Position numbers and translations under genes: made by a program. A stretch of 63,819 nt of DNA, the filler included, from a bacterium (lineage in GTDB: Bacteria > JAJRZV01), in NCBI GenBank assembly GCA_024275095.1. It is 4 parts of 4 records of this genome, joined end to end, with 100 filler letters (N's around TTAATTAATTAA, not from the genome) between each part and the next. Parts side by side here need not be neighbours in the genome. Positions count along the whole stretch, not along the records: positions 52,123 to 61,405 come from JAJRZV010000051.1; positions 61,506 to 63,819 come from JAJRZV010000068.1; 2 more parts are not named here. The stretch is one strand, 5' to 3'. The notes beneath the pieces are model-generated. The model was not told where the DNA came from. It ran no database searches and was given only the letters and a program-made list of their open reading frames with translations. Below, piece after piece: positions 54,703 to 63,819 of this stretch (within the stretch, counting starts at the first letter, position 1; every line of letters starts with the position of its first letter).

Positions 54703-55389
54703 TTAAAGAATAATGTGTACCTTCCCGCGGATGTAACGACGCCTGTATGTCCAGCGGGTAATGAGTAAACCAGCGATGAATCCGCCCACATGTGCTCCAA
54801 AAGCTACCCCTGTGGGTACCGGAGACGTGAGCCCGAAAAATTGATACATAAACCAGAATATCAAATAAATGGACGCCGGAATTTCGATGATTTCGATGAA
54901 TATAAAAAAGAAGAATAAGGTTCTAACCCGTGCGTGGGGATAGAGATAGAGATATGCTCCGAGAACTCCAGATATGGCGCCACTTGCTCCCACCATGGGA
55001 ACAGTGGAGGAGGGGTCAAGAACGGCTTGAGTTAAGGCAGCAGCAGTTCCACACGTAAGATAAAATATCAAGAATTTAATATGACCGTAGAAGTCTTCCA
55101 CATTATCTCCGAATATCCACAGAAAGAGCATGTTTCCGATAATGTGAAGGAATCCTCCATGCATGAACATTGATGTGAAGATGTTTATTATCGGGGAGTA
55201 CCCTGTATAGGGTGGGAGTTCATGGTAGAAAAGTTCGAAAGGAATAAAGCCCCATGCGTATATAAAATTCTGGGCCTGTTTGCCAGCGGCCAATTCTAAT
55301 AAAAAAACCAGCACGTTCAGTGTAATAAGCCCGAAGACAACGAGAGGCAAACGTGATGAAGGATTTACATCGCGGAAAGGCAACAGCAT
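54703..55389 (-). CDS. Rhomboid family intramembrane serine protease
   Basis: TSMFMHGG.LHIIGNM, GASGAISG, AHVGGF. Confidence 0.95.
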   Translation of the reverse strand: MLLPFRDVNPSSRLPLVVFGLITLNVLVFLLELAAGKQAQNFIYAWGFIPFELFYHELPPYTGYSPIINIFTSMFMHGGFLHIIGNMLFLWIFGDNVEDFYGHIKFLIFYLTCGTAAALTQAVLDPSSTVPMVGASGAISGVLGAYLYLYPHARVRTLFFFFIFIEIIEIPASIYLIFWFMYQFFGLTSPVPTGVAFGAHVGGFIAGLLITRWTYRRRYIRGKVHIIL

Positions 55390-55430
55390 TTATACCTCTG
55401 TTTCAGCAGGTGTTACAGATGCAGGCACCT

Positions 55431-56978
55431 TCAGTGTTTAAAATGACGAATCCCGGTAAATACCATGGCCATATTGTGTTCGTCCGCCGCCCGTATTACT
55501 TCTTTGTCTCTCACAGAACCACCGGGCTGAATAACCGCTCTGATACCTGCTTCGGCAAGCACATCTATAGAATCCCGAAAAGGGAAGAATGCGTCAGATG
55601 CAGCCACGGCACCCTCGGTGGATCTGAGAGACTTTGATATAGCGATTTTAACAGAGTCCACGCGGGACATCTGCCCAGCACCGATACCGATGGTGGATGT
55701 ACTGTCTGTAATGACAATGGCATTGGATTTTACGTGTTTGACAACTGTCCAGGCAAATTTGAGAGCAGAAAGTTCCTTTTTGGTGGGCTGGCGCTTTGTT
55801 ACGACTTTAATATCGGAACTTTTAAGAAGGTGCGTATCCCTTTCCTGTACTAGAAGTCCTCCTTCTACACTTCGGTGGTCATAAGGTGCGTATTTTAATC
55901 CTTCAAATGGGATTTTCAAGATGCGGAGGTTTTTCTTTTTCTTGAGAATTTCAAGTGCACCTTCATCGTAGTCAGGTGCTATCACCACTTCGAAAAAATG
56001 CTCTGACATGAGCGTGGCTACTTCTTCTGTCACCTTCTTGTTAAAAGCCACAATTCCTCCAAAGGCGGATTGAGGATCGGTTTCAAGAGCCTTTTTGTAA
56101 GCATCGGTTACGCCCTTGGTAGAGATGGCCACGCCACAGGGATTCGTGTGTTTGACAATAGCAACGGCGGTTTTCTGGAAATCTTTGACAATATTGAGTG
56201 CCGCGTCTGCGTCCAGGTAGTTGTTATACGAGAGTTCTTTCCCGTGGAGTTGTTCTGCACGGGCGATAAATACACCCGGTGGCATGGGAAGCTCGTAGAT
56301 GGCTGCTTTTTGGTGGGGATTTTCTCCGTATCGAAGAGATGCCTTTTGAGAAAGGGTGAGCGTAATCACACGCGGCATTTCTTTTTGTTGAATTTTTGAA
56401 TTGAAGAACTGAGAAATGTGAGTATCATACCACGCGGTATGGTTGAACGCTTTTGCTGCAAGTGCAAATGACGTCTTTTCAGACACAAATCCCTTGTTCT
56501 GTAACTCGTGAAGTACAAGCTGGTAATCGGTAGGGTCAACGATTACCACTACGCCTTTAAAATTCTTGGCTGCCGCTCTAAGAAGAGACGGCCCACCTAT
56601 ATCTATCATTTCAAGGATGTCATCCAGTGTGGCCGTAGGGTCACTTGCTGCATCGGTGAATGGGTAAAGATTTACTGCCACGAGGTCAATAAATGAAATG
56701 TTGTGTCTGCGAAGTTCGTCCTCGTGTATTTTGGAACCTCTTATCGCAAGAATTCCTGCAAATATTTTGGGATTAAGGCTTTTTACACGTCCGCCAAGCA
56801 TTTCAGGAAATCCCGTGTATGCTGAAATCTCAATCACGGGAATTCCGCTTCTCTGGAGAATTTCCGCTGTTCCTCCAGTGGACAGTATTTCCACTCCCAG
56901 TTCCATGAGTCCACGCGCGAAGTCGTCCACATAGGTTTTGTCATAAACACTGATAAGGGCTCTCTTGACTCTTGGCAC
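55431..56978 (-). CDS. purH: Bifunctional AICAR transformylase/IMP cyclohydrolase
   Basis: ALISVYDK, STGGT, IDIGGP, LRYGENPHQ, KHTNPCG, GAGQMSRVDS, ASDAFFPF, TGIRHFKH. Confidence 0.98.
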   Translation of the reverse strand: MPRVKRALISVYDKTYVDDFARGLMELGVEILSTGGTAEILQRSGIPVIEISAYTGFPEMLGGRVKSLNPKIFAGILAIRGSKIHEDELRRHNISFIDLVAVNLYPFTDAASDPTATLDDILEMIDIGGPSLLRAAAKNFKGVVVIVDPTDYQLVLHELQNKGFVSEKTSFALAAKAFNHTAWYDTHISQFFNSKIQQKEMPRVITLTLSQKASLRYGENPHQKAAIYELPMPPGVFIARAEQLHGKELSYNNYLDADAALNIVKDFQKTAVAIVKHTNPCGVAISTKGVTDAYKKALETDPQSAFGGIVAFNKKVTEEVATLMSEHFFEVVIAPDYDEGALEILKKKKNLRILKIPFEGLKYAPYDHRSVEGGLLVQERDTHLLKSSDIKVVTKRQPTKKELSALKFAWTVVKHVKSNAIVITDSTSTIGIGAGQMSRVDSVKIAISKSLRSTEGAVAASDAFFPFRDSIDVLAEAGIRAVIQPGGSVRDKEVIRAADEHNMAMVFTGIRHFKH

Positions 56979-57114
56979 GGCATCCCTCCTGAAAATCAGG
57001 GTTAAATCAGCATGCGCATATTATTACAATCCCGCATTTGACTCAATGGTAAGTTGTAATTTCTGATCCCGGTTTTTACCACCCAGCCGCAGGATTTTTG
57101 GAGAAAATCAGTTT

Positions 57115-57546
57115 TCAGTACTGTGTTTCCGCCGGGGGATCTCCGATAACTTTCACAATGACAGTACGACGTCGCGGTCCGTCGAGTTCATAAAGAAATA
57201 TTCCCTGCCATTGTCCAAGATCCACCCGCCCTTCGCTGACGGGAATAACCACGCTTGAACCAACGAGAAGCTGTTTGAGATGGGCCGAGGCATTACCTCC
57301 GCCGTGCTGGTTGTGCAAATACGAGGGTTTGTTGGGGATCTGTTCTTCTAAAAAATTATCTATATCAACAGGCAGGAAACGGTCCGTGTTGCCCAGGTAG
57401 ATACCCGCGGTTGTATGGCCTGTGAATACGAGCACCATTCCATCGTGTATTCCACTTTTGTGAACAATAGATTCAACCTGTCCAGTGATATCAAGACTTC
57501 CTGACTTCCGTGTTGTTTTCAACAGTATTTCACTTGTGTAGACCAC
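57115..57546 (-). CDS. yjbQ: YjbQ/UPF0047 family protein
   Basis: DITGQV, HTTAG, YLH..GNASAHLK, LGQWQGIFLYELDGPRRR. Confidence 0.88.
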   Translation of the reverse strand: MVYTSEILLKTTRKSGSLDITGQVESIVHKSGIHDGMVLVFTGHTTAGIYLGNTDRFLPVDIDNFLEEQIPNKPSYLHNQHGGGNASAHLKQLLVGSSVVIPVSEGRVDLGQWQGIFLYELDGPRRRTVIVKVIGDPPAETQY

Positions 57547-58384
57547 TGGCTCCCTCCTGTGGAATTTTTATATTAAGGATTCTTGTCCAACCTGCGGTTC
57601 TCAAAGAAGGAATAAATATTTTTACCCATCTTCCTTCTCGTGCGAGTGGAACCACTCGCACACCTCTTTCAAAAGCCCCTGCCACCCGACAGCGAATTGA
57701 AGGACATGTTCTTATGACCCCCTTCCGCTGGGTTATAAGAAGTTTCGGACGTGGAGGGGTAGACCAGCTGGGTTTCATTTTCGTTGCAGACGGTACAGGT
57801 GCAGCACACCCCAGCCTGGTAAGAATGCTTTCTCCTGTTTGCAATTTCTGGGCTGTAATGATTGCTCCTGTTTCTACGTTTACGGCCTTCACAATAATTT
57901 CGAGCCCGTTTTTCAATTTGTAGTACTTACCAAGTAAAACCACGTTAACTCCCAAAAGTTTCCCGGCTTGGGGTGCAGATGATTCATCTATCAGTCCTGA
58001 AATAGAGAACTTTTGTTCTTTGAGAACAGCGCTTACCTGCGTGCGCTCTACAATTGTAAACTCAGGATACCTGGTGAGTATGGTTGATAAATTATCAGCC
58101 AGGTAATCACCAATTGGACATTCCTTCTCGAGAGGCCCGGAAAATGAAAGCACAGCGATTCTCTTTTCCGGCAGTGTTCTGAGTTTTTCCACCAGTGCGC
58201 TGATGACTGAGGGGAATGTCTGTTCTTTTTCAGGAACAGGAGAAGTAATTGTTCTTTTCTCGGGCGGAAAAGGAAGAGGTCCGGCAGAAGGTCCTGGTGC
58301 ACATGCGGAAATGGTAAGTGTCAACATGAGGGAACTAATTGAAAAGATTGTACCTGAAATACAAACAGTACCGTCGGTTTTCAT
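57530..58384 (-). CDS. Lipoprotein with CsgG/FlgO-like domain and C-terminal SH3-like domain
   Basis: Lipobox ISAC; IAVLSF, IVERTQV..VLKEQ..SGLID..AGKLLGV..VNVETG; SH3b-like IRTCPS..RWVKI..GW; ATGA overlap with dapB. Confidence 0.7.
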   Translation of the reverse strand: MKTDGTVCISGTIFSISSLMLTLTISACAPGPSAGPLPFPPEKRTITSPVPEKEQTFPSVISALVEKLRTLPEKRIAVLSFSGPLEKECPIGDYLADNLSTILTRYPEFTIVERTQVSAVLKEQKFSISGLIDESSAPQAGKLLGVNVVLLGKYYKLKNGLEIIVKAVNVETGAIITAQKLQTGESILTRLGCAAPVPSATKMKPSWSTPPRPKLLITQRKGVIRTCPSIRCRVAGAFERGVRVVPLAREGRWVKIFIPSLRTAGWTRILNIKIPQEGASGLHK

Positions 58385-59187
58385 CGGGTGTCCCCGTGAA
58401 TTGATATGCCCAGTACATCCACCATGGAGTAAATTCCTGGTTCGCGCCCCTGCACCCATTCGGCTCCTTTCACAGCTCCTCTTGCAAAAACCATGCGTGA
58501 GTGAGCTCTGTGAGTAATTTCGAGTCTTTCATCTGGTCCGAGAAAATAGACGGTGTGGTCGCCCACAACATCTCCACCTCTCAACGCCATTACACCGATC
58601 TGATTTTGAGGTCGTGGACCTGTCCGTCCCGAACGTCCGAACATCCCGGAAGACTGAACCGTCATTCCCCGTGCTTGTGCAAGCACATCGAGAAGTTTGA
58701 GAGCTGTGCCACTGGGTGCATCAACCTTGTTGCGATGATGTATTTCTGCAATTTCTATATCAAATTCAGGCCCCAGAGCTGAAGCAATAATTTTTGCAAC
58801 GGCGAACAGCATGTTGACCCCTGGAGACATGTTGGGGGACTGGACTACAGGAACTTTTTGTGAAAGGGCCTCTATTAATCTGAACACATCTTCACCGAGT
58901 CCTGTTGTACCTGTAACAAGGGGAATGCTGTGCGTTTCACATTCTTTGACGGCTGTAGCGGTTCCATCCGGAGTCGAGAAGTCTATAACCACGTCGGGCT
59001 TTTCCGGAATATCGCTTATAAATGAGCGTATGGGAATGATTTTTTCGTGATGGGAGGTAATATATGTATTGCACATCGAGTGATCCGGGCGCTCAAGCCC
59101 ACCAACTACCACGTGTCCGGCTTCTTCCGCAGCCTGGATAACCATGCGGCCCATGCGGCCGCACGCGCCGACTACAATAATTTTCAC
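58381..59187 (-). CDS. dapB: 4-hydroxy-tetrahydrodipicolinate reductase
   Basis: GACGRMG, DFS, GTTG, EIHHRNKVDAPSGTA, RGGDVVGDH. Confidence 0.97.
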   Translation of the reverse strand: MKIIVVGACGRMGRMVIQAAEEAGHVVVGGLERPDHSMCNTYITSHHEKIIPIRSFISDIPEKPDVVIDFSTPDGTATAVKECETHSIPLVTGTTGLGEDVFRLIEALSQKVPVVQSPNMSPGVNMLFAVAKIIASALGPEFDIEIAEIHHRNKVDAPSGTALKLLDVLAQARGMTVQSSGMFGRSGRTGPRPQNQIGVMALRGGDVVGDHTVYFLGPDERLEITHRAHSRMVFARGAVKGAEWVQGREPGIYSMVDVLGISIHGDTR

Positions 59188-60062
59188 CTTACGACTACCC
59201 CGTAGCGCTCGAGTGTTTTCTTAAGCCTGGCCCTGTTTTCTTCACTCATGGGTGTGAGCGGGAGGCGGAATTCGGCATTCATCCTGCCCATAATTTGTAG
59301 AGCCGTTTTCACCGGAATAGGGTTGGTTTCGATAAAAAGTGATTTGTTGATCTCGGCCAGGTCGAAATGAATCCGGCGTGCAGTTTCCCAATCGCCGTCA
59401 AGTGCACTTTTGACCATCATTGAGACTTTGTCGGGAAGGATGTTTGCGGTAACAGAAATGACGCCTTTACCTCCGAGTGTGAGGATGGAATATGTGAGAC
59501 CATCATCGCCCGAAATGACTGCAAACGAAGGGTCACACAACCTGATAATTTCTGAAATTTGAGCAAGATTCCCTGAGGCTTCTTTGATTCCCACAATATT
59601 TTTAAATTCAGCGACCTTCGCTACGGTTTCAGGAAGCATGTTCACGCCTGTGCGGCCTGGTACATTATAGAGAATGATAGGAATGTTTACTGATTCTGAT
59701 ACGGCTTTGAAATGTTCGATCAGTCCTTTTTGTGTTGGTTTGTTGTAATAGGGTGTTATGACCAGAGCACCATTTGCACCTACCTTCTCGGCAAAGCGTG
59801 TAAGGTGTACAGCTTCGCGTGTTGAGTTTGAACCGGTACCCGCAATGACCGGTACGCGACCTGCCACATGATCGACCGTAATTTCAATAAGGCGTTGATG
59901 TTCTTCGTGGGAAAGGGTGGCAGATTCTCCTGTTGTTCCGCATGGAACAACAGCAGAAACCCCGTTATCAATAACCCAGTCTATGTGCCTTTTAAATGAG
60001 GGAATATCAATTTCCCCGTTTTTAAAAGGGGTGACGAGTGCTGGAATTGCGCCTTCAAACAC
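59184..60062 (-). CDS. dapA: 4-hydroxy-tetrahydrodipicolinate synthase
   Basis: GTTGES, PYYNKP, LYNVPGRTG, GIKEA, SGDD, ETNPIPVK. Confidence 0.97.
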   Translation of the reverse strand: MFEGAIPALVTPFKNGEIDIPSFKRHIDWVIDNGVSAVVPCGTTGESATLSHEEHQRLIEITVDHVAGRVPVIAGTGSNSTREAVHLTRFAEKVGANGALVITPYYNKPTQKGLIEHFKAVSESVNIPIILYNVPGRTGVNMLPETVAKVAEFKNIVGIKEASGNLAQISEIIRLCDPSFAVISGDDGLTYSILTLGGKGVISVTANILPDKVSMMVKSALDGDWETARRIHFDLAEINKSLFIETNPIPVKTALQIMGRMNAEFRLPLTPMSEENRARLKKTLERYGVVVR

Positions 60063-60134
60063 CTGGTACCTCCTGTGAAATGTTTTTATTCAGTTTTCCC
60101 CAAAGGTTGAAGCTGTGTCAACGAAAATGACCTG

Positions 60135-61028
60135 TCACCCTAAAGTGGACTCGCCGATTGCAGCGCGGGCCAGTTCGTACGCTCTGCTCGCATCTGCCAG
60201 AGCGGTTTCCGCATCCTGACGTGTAAAAAGATTTTTCTTTTTATTTGTCCATTCATCGGTATAGAAACTGAAATCCCACTCGTTGTGCAAGCCTTTGAAT
60301 ATCCCCGCGAGCTCGGTGATCTGGTTACACGCTTTACCGTGAAATCTGTGAGTAATGGTTTTTAAAAATGTGGCGGTGGTCACGTGACCCGGAATTTCAA
60401 TTCCGTAGGCACGCAGGAGTGCCCGGATAGAAAAGGTTATGCTTTCAATGGCTTCTCTCACTACTACGTTCCAGAACTGGTCCTGAAGTGCGCGGCGGCC
60501 CTGTTCAAGGTGATACCGTGACTGTTGAAGGCTCGCTGGTGCGTATTCCACCACATGCGGCGCTTTCCAGTACCATAACCGGCCGATCCACACGCGCTGA
60601 GCCCCTTTTTCTTTCAGATACGAACGAAGTTTCGCGATTTTGTTGGTGAAGAACCAGTCCTTGTCGTAAAGCACCACAGCGTCTTCGGTCATGTCCAGAT
60701 AAAGGGGTGAAAATGTATCAAGCTCGTTCACACTTTTTACAAGAACAATTACGTCCGTAAGGATGCCTTCTTCATGGTAAAGGATTTCAACATCACGATT
60801 GAGTGAACGCAGGGCTTTCTCCACGAGTGAGTACCTCTCTCTCCGGGCTTCCGGCAATTCATTGAAAACCGCGAGGATATTGATGTCTGAGCTTTCGTGA
60901 CAATCACCGCGTGCCACTGAACCGTAGAGGACAACTGAAACAATACGCTCGCGGTAAAACTCCAATAGGTCATCCCGTACTCTTTCGGCAAGAGATAGCA
61001 GTTTTTGACGCAGAGGTTGTTCGTTCAT
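60135..61028 (-). CDS. Minimal nucleotidyltransferase (MNT) fused to a HEPN-like domain
   Basis: [40 protein letters not shown], then HEPN-like [25 protein letters not shown]. Confidence 0.75.
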   Translation of the reverse strand: MNEQPLRQKLLSLAERVRDDLLEFYRERIVSVVLYGSVARGDCHESSDINILAVFNELPEARRERYSLVEKALRSLNRDVEILYHEEGILTDVIVLVKSVNELDTFSPLYLDMTEDAVVLYDKDWFFTNKIAKLRSYLKEKGAQRVWIGRLWYWKAPHVVEYAPASLQQSRYHLEQGRRALQDQFWNVVVREAIESITFSIRALLRAYGIEIPGHVTTATFLKTITHRFHGKACNQITELAGIFKGLHNEWDFSFYTDEWTNKKKNLFTRQDAETALADASRAYELARAAIGESTLG

Positions 61029-61405
61029 AGCGGTTGTCCTCTTTTGACCATGTCCAAGAATTCCTGCTCGGAAATAATTTTTACCCCGAGTTTGCGGGCT
61101 TTGTCATATTTTGATCCCGGGTCTTTACCTGCCACCACATAATCAGTTTTGCGACTGACACTAGACGAGGCCTTGCCGCCCATCTGTTCTACCAACCTTT
61201 TTGCCTCGTCTCTCGTCATGGTCTCCAGTGCTCCTGTGAATACGAATGTTTTACCCTTAAAAGGCCCTTCGGCGATAGCTTTTTCGGATTGGGGACTGAC
61301 ACCAGCTGCGAACATCCTTTCGATGCTGCGCAGGTTTTCTTCGTTGCTGAAGAACCTGACAATGGATTGTGCCACCTCAGGCCCTATTCCTTCGATCTCC
61401 AGCAA
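61025..61405 (-). CDS. ligA: NAD-dependent DNA ligase (C-terminal HhH + BRCT, cut by contig end)
   Basis: [42 protein letters not shown]. Confidence 0.95.
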   Translation of the reverse strand: MLEIEGIGPEVAQSIVRFFSNEENLRSIERMFAAGVSPQSEKAIAEGPFKGKTFVFTGALETMTRDEAKRLVEQMGGKASSSVSRKTDYVVAGKDPGSKYDKARKLGVKIISEQEFLDMVKRGQPL

Positions 61406-61505
61406 NNNNNNNNNNNNNNNNNNNNNNNNNNNNNNNNNNNNNNNNNNNNTTAATTAATTAANNNNNNNNNNNNNNNNNNNNNNNNNNNNNNNNNNNNNNN
61501 NNNNN
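61406..61505. other. Artificial contig linker
   Basis: N44-TTAATTAATTAA-N44. Confidence 0.99.
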
Positions 61506-61507
61506 CA

Positions 61508-61654
61508 GACCGTTTCCCGGGGACCTTGCTCTGGCTCCACGGGAAAATTTCCGCCGAAGAAATGAAAGAAGAACACCCACTTGAATACGAGCGCATCATG
61601 CGCGAACGTGCTGAAAAAGCGAAACAGGGGGAAAACCATGTCTCCATTCATTAA
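61508..61654 (+). CDS. C terminus of a cytochrome b (FdnI/CbcL-like) protein, 5' part missing
   Basis: Hand translation DRFPGTLLWLHGKISAEEMKEEHPLEYERIMRERAEKAKQGENHVSIH* resembles the FP..W..GKIS.EEM..EHP.EY tail of these cytochrome b domains; overlaps the next gene; absent from the ORF track. Confidence 0.7.
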   Translation, partial: DRFPGTLLWLHGKISAEEMKEEHPLEYERIMRERAEKAKQGENHVSIH

Positions 61655-63644
61655 AAGTTTCCGTTCGTTTCTTGCTCGACACCGGCGTGGATTCATTATC
61701 ACCGGGGTTATTATTGGTGTACTTCTCGGAATAAACGCTCTCTTTTTTGTCAGCTCCCAGTTCCCCCGATCGTGTCTTGTCTGTCACTACATGGAACCTT
61801 TTTACAAACAGTGGCAAACATCCTCACATAACAATGTCAAATGTGTAAAATGTCACAAATTTCGATTTTCATTTATTTACGTAACAACTCTCAAATACAT
61901 AACCGGGCTTTACAACCCAAAACCTCATGCAGTAATTGAAGATGAGTCGTGTCTAAACGGTGAATGCCACACCCGTGAAAGCTTGAAGAAAAAAATTCTC
62001 TTCAAAAATCGAATTCTTTTTGACCACAGCAAACACTACGGTAAATTCAAACGGGTAGAAACCCTTAGGTGCGTGAACTGTCACTCTCAGATCGTGCAGG
62101 GTCAACACATAACCGTTTCCGAGAATGTCTGCTTTCTTTGCCATTTTAAGGATGTCCCCGAACCACAGGCTATTGGAGGATGCAATGCCTGTCACGGAGC
62201 TCCAAAAGAAACCGTGACACATGCAGGTTTTCAGTTCAACCACACATCTTATCTGAAAATTGGGGTCTCATGTGACCAGTGCCACACAAAGGTAAAAAAA
62301 AGCAACGGTGAAGTTCCCGAAGAAAAATGTTATTCCTGCCATGTTGAACGCAAACATGAAGAGCCCTACAGGCTGCATCTTATTCACGTTACTCAAAAAA
62401 ATATTTACTGTTTTCAGTGTCACACTATTATCGAGCACAAAGCTGTACAGTTCACAAAACCACTGGAGGTAAAGTGTGCGACATGCCATCCAGAGGAACA
62501 CGTGCCGCAAAAAGAAATTTACATGGGCGTTGGAGCCATAGGTGTTACTGAAGTACCCTCGCGCATGTTCGCTGCTCAGGTCAGCTGCGAGGGATGTCAC
62601 GGCGAAGGCCATAAGAGAGCGAAAACACTCAAAGAAAAACGTCAGGCATGTGTAAGGTGCCATGGGCCTCGATATGATTTAATGCTTGATGTGTGGCTCA
62701 GTGAAACTGCCAGAGCCCTTCGTTACGTAAAAGGCAAACTTAATCAGGCAGAATCGCTTTTAAAACACAGAAAGAAAGTTTCACCCGATGCACTTCAGAT
62801 GCTCAAAGACGCAAAACACAATTATCTCCTCGTAAAAAACGGACGTGGAGTGCATAATCCCGAATATGCCGTTAGGGTACTCTCCGCCACATTGTCACAG
62901 ATAGAAATAGCGGAAAAATTTACAGGGATACGGATTCCCCGCACAGTTCCTCCCAAGGTGCTTTCAGAACCTGACGGTTATTGCATGAAACTTTGTCACT
63001 CAGTTCTTGGGCTCCCCAAAGAGATATTCTTTGATGAAATGAAGCTCGAATTCCCCCATGCCAAACACGTAAAAGAAGTAGGTCTTAAATGCGTAACATG
63101 TCATTCTCCGGATAAACACAAAATGCGGATTATCACGAAGGAAGGATGCATCAAATGTCATCATGAAAAAGAAAAGCAACTCCCCTGTTCTTCCTGTCAT
63201 CATTATCAGTGGAACCTTTACTACGGAAAATTCAGAGTGGAAGGTGTGGCGAGTTCGCCGGGCGAGATGGCCCAAGGAGATGTAGAATGTCTTGATTGTC
63301 ACCGCCTTGACATCCCGAGAGTGGACCCCGTAGAAATTCGAAGCAAATGTGTTGAATGCCATGATGAATCTTACGCCGATACATTCTCCGAATGGGAAAA
63401 AGAAGCACTCAAAATGAGCAGCGACCTTTTGTTGAAAATCGGTCAGCTTGAAGAAAAACTATCCCTGTATGAGAAAGTGGACCCCGAAAAAGCCAAAACC
63501 GTTTCCACTGCTTTGCAGAACCTCAAAAAGGAATCCAACTATATCCTCCTCGGACGACCTGTGCATAATCATGCTGCCAGTGAAGAAATATACTCTCGAC
63601 TGTCCAAAGCGCTGGAAAAGTTAAGCACTGAGCTTACCAGGTGA
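61638..63644 (+). CDS. Membrane-anchored multiheme c-type cytochrome (18 heme-binding motifs)
   Basis: N-terminal TM and NapC/NirT-like start; 16 CxxCH plus CLNGECH (CX4CH) and CMKLCH (CX3CH). Confidence 0.93.
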   Translation: MSPFIKSFRSFLARHRRGFIITGVIIGVLLGINALFFVSSQFPRSCLVCHYMEPFYKQWQTSSHNNVKCVKCHKFRFSFIYVTTLKYITGLYNPKPHAVIEDESCLNGECHTRESLKKKILFKNRILFDHSKHYGKFKRVETLRCVNCHSQIVQGQHITVSENVCFLCHFKDVPEPQAIGGCNACHGAPKETVTHAGFQFNHTSYLKIGVSCDQCHTKVKKSNGEVPEEKCYSCHVERKHEEPYRLHLIHVTQKNIYCFQCHTIIEHKAVQFTKPLEVKCATCHPEEHVPQKEIYMGVGAIGVTEVPSRMFAAQVSCEGCHGEGHKRAKTLKEKRQACVRCHGPRYDLMLDVWLSETARALRYVKGKLNQAESLLKHRKKVSPDALQMLKDAKHNYLLVKNGRGVHNPEYAVRVLSATLSQIEIAEKFTGIRIPRTVPPKVLSEPDGYCMKLCHSVLGLPKEIFFDEMKLEFPHAKHVKEVGLKCVTCHSPDKHKMRIITKEGCIKCHHEKEKQLPCSSCHHYQWNLYYGKFRVEGVASSPGEMAQGDVECLDCHRLDIPRVDPVEIRSKCVECHDESYADTFSEWEKEALKMSSDLLLKIGQLEEKLSLYEKVDPEKAKTVSTALQNLKKESNYILLGRPVHNHAASEEIYSRLSKALEKLSTELTR

Positions 63645-63701
63645 GTTTACAGGAGCAGCCGGCCTTCAAAACTGTTGAGGTTCCACAGTACTTTACTGTG
63701 G

Positions 63702-63819
63702 ATGTTGCAGCGCGGCCTCCGTTTTGGTCCATTTGAATTTAATCCAGAAAGTGCACGGACGTTTTTGATCCACTTACGAGCCCTCTCCCGACTACCGCTG
63801 ATTACTGAGAATTTTGCAA
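63702..63819 (+). other. Possible fragment of an N6-adenine methylase/type IIG restriction-modification gene
   Basis: Open frame to the window end: MLQRGLRFGPFEFNPESARTFLIHLRALSRLPLITENFA; recalled similarity only. Confidence 0.25.

Noticed and set aside
54703-55389. Rhomboid as the sorting enzyme for the S8 protease tail
   Set aside because: It is on a different contig and looks like a generic rhomboid; nothing in the sequence links the two.
56979-57114. ZMP/ZTP riboswitch upstream of purH
   Set aside because: The conserved riboswitch core was not found; only a plausible TTGAGT-N17-TAATAT promoter is visible.

Overview
The window is four concatenated contig fragments (1-25178, 25279-52022, 52123-61405, 61506-63819) joined by artificial 100-nt N/TTAATTAATTAA/N linkers, so gene neighbourhood cannot be read across the joins. 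Gene content points to a deltaproteobacterium-like organism (Myxococcota/Desulfobacterota type; inference from GspN, a MYXO-CTERM-like tail, a zinc-ribbon/TPR protein and a multiheme cytochrome). Most of it is housekeeping: serS, obgE, mutS2, trmFO-xerC-hslVU-tsaD-rsmA, smc, miaB, accA, miaA, mutL, groESL with CIRCE, hppA, pth, rplY, prs, purH, dapAB, ligA. I saw no rRNA, tRNA, CRISPR array or intact mobile element. The accessory highlights are: (1) a TatT-type TRAP transporter with four DctP paralogs that all lack the carboxylate-binding Arg, near a lipid-catabolic set (MFE-2-like SDR and hydratase, a thiolase, and a Cys-less HMG-CoA-synthase-like/DUF35 fusion paired with an SCP2-type thiolase); (2) a translationally coupled signalling module of apparent pseudo-enzymes (degenerate GGDEF with intact I-site, REC-DUF4388-degenerate small GTPase), followed by a PHP protein and a ~1477-aa zinc-ribbon/acidic-linker/TM/TPR protein running into smc, the large gene being interrupted by a single in-frame TGA; (3) a fused MNT-HEPN gene with altered catalytic motifs coupled to ligA; (4) an 18-heme membrane-anchored cytochrome coupled to a cytochrome b gene missed by the ORF track. 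All family assignments come from motif recognition by eye, not database searches.
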